64,000 nucleotides of DNA from a virus (Duplodnaviria; Caudoviricetes): IMG/VR virus record IMGVR_UViG_2744054987_000003, positions 83,518 through 147,517 of that record; one strand, 5' to 3'. The notes beneath the pieces were generated by a model. The model saw only the letters and a program-made list of their open reading frames with translations. It was not told the DNA's origin and ran no database searches. The stretch's first letter is position 1; the number at the start of each line of letters is the position of its first letter. Shown here piece by piece: positions 63,171-64,000 of the stretch. Both the position numbers and the translations under genes were made by a program.

Positions 63171-64000
63171 ATGAGCGGAGCAGACGACGGGACAGCCTGG
63201 GTGGCCTCGGAGTGGGCATGGGTGGAGGAGCATCCGGTGTTCACCACCCGCGAGGAGAAGGGCGGCAACGTCACCAGGGTGCCGGTCGCAGCGGTCCTTG
63301 AGCCGCTGCGGTTCGGGTTCGGGCTCCTCGTGGTCGCGCTCGCCGTCAGCGTCGGGTGCACGATCGCGGGTGTGGGGTTTGCCCTCGCCGGCCTGTCGGA
63401 AGGCCCAGGGGCGCTCTCGTGGTGGTGGCTGCGCTCGGGATACCCGCAGCGGGGTTCGCACTCGTCTGCTTTTCGGGCGTCCATGTGCGTGGCATGGAGC
63501 TGACGATGCGCGAGCGTGCCCGCAACCTGGTTCTGCTGGCCGGCCTGCTCGGCGGCATCGCTATCGGCCTTGCTGCGCTGGGGATCTGGTGGGCATCGAG
63601 GTTTTTCGGCATCTCGGCCGCGGTCATGGCGATCGCCTATCTCATCACCGCGCTCATCCCCGCCCGCCGGGTGCGCTGTGCTCGACTCGACGTGGCTCGT
63701 ATCCTCCGCCTGCGCACCACTGCGACCCGCTACCGGGGCGTGGTGGCAGCATTGCCCGACCCGGCGACCTGGAATCAGGGCGGGGACGTCCCGATCCGCT
63801 ACCAGCATGAGACCGGGGAGCGTGTCGTCCCGGTGCGGGTGAACACGTATGCGCACAAGATCCCCGTGCCCGGAACGCGGGTGATCGTGTTCGCCGATCA
63901 CAGCGGAGATCCCCTCGTCGAACTCGACCCGGCCCACCCGGTCGAATACCACCCCGGCAACCGACCGTACGAGTCGGACAGCAGCGGAGGCGGGTCATGA
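63171..64000 (+). pseudogene. Host membrane protein gene, apparently frameshifted near 63410
   Basis: Hydrophobic ORF from ATG 63171 continues plausibly only in the frame of ORF 63356-64000. Confidence 0.5.

Overview
Bases 1-~62265 are the right arm of a large integrated prophage of a Mycobacterium-like actinobacterium. It is a contractile-tailed myovirus whose gene set resembles the Bxz1/cluster C, Phrappuccino and Rhodococcus E3 types (from recalled motifs, not searched). Almost all phage genes are on the minus strand. Reading from the right end they are: XRE repressor and divergent Xis/Cro-like gene, a phage tRNA-Lys(UUU) plus HNH gene, head genes (portal, 2H phosphoesterase, LysM/SWIM protein, intein-containing protease-SLT-scaffold fusion, decoration protein, major capsid protein), a Hef-like homing endonuclease, accessory genes, neck genes (one with an intein), sheath, tube, frameshifted chaperone, tape measure, baseplate and fibres, four tRNAs, a SNF2 helicase, a repeat- and hairpin-rich intergenic region, and small early genes. 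The prophage junction lies in the host tRNA-Lys(UUU), of which only the 5' part remains here. Host tRNA-Glu, -Asp and -Phe follow. The most interesting signals are: (1) a shared N-terminal leader on unrelated enzyme-like proteins, together with a recurring basic-x-x-Ala linker in head proteins, suggesting a capsid-targeting and processing system for injected effectors; (2) an unexplained ~150-nt structured RNA in a self-contained cassette; (3) a triplet of small paralogous proteins; (4) replacement of the disrupted host tRNA-Lys by a phage copy. All product calls are from motif recognition by eye; no searches were run.
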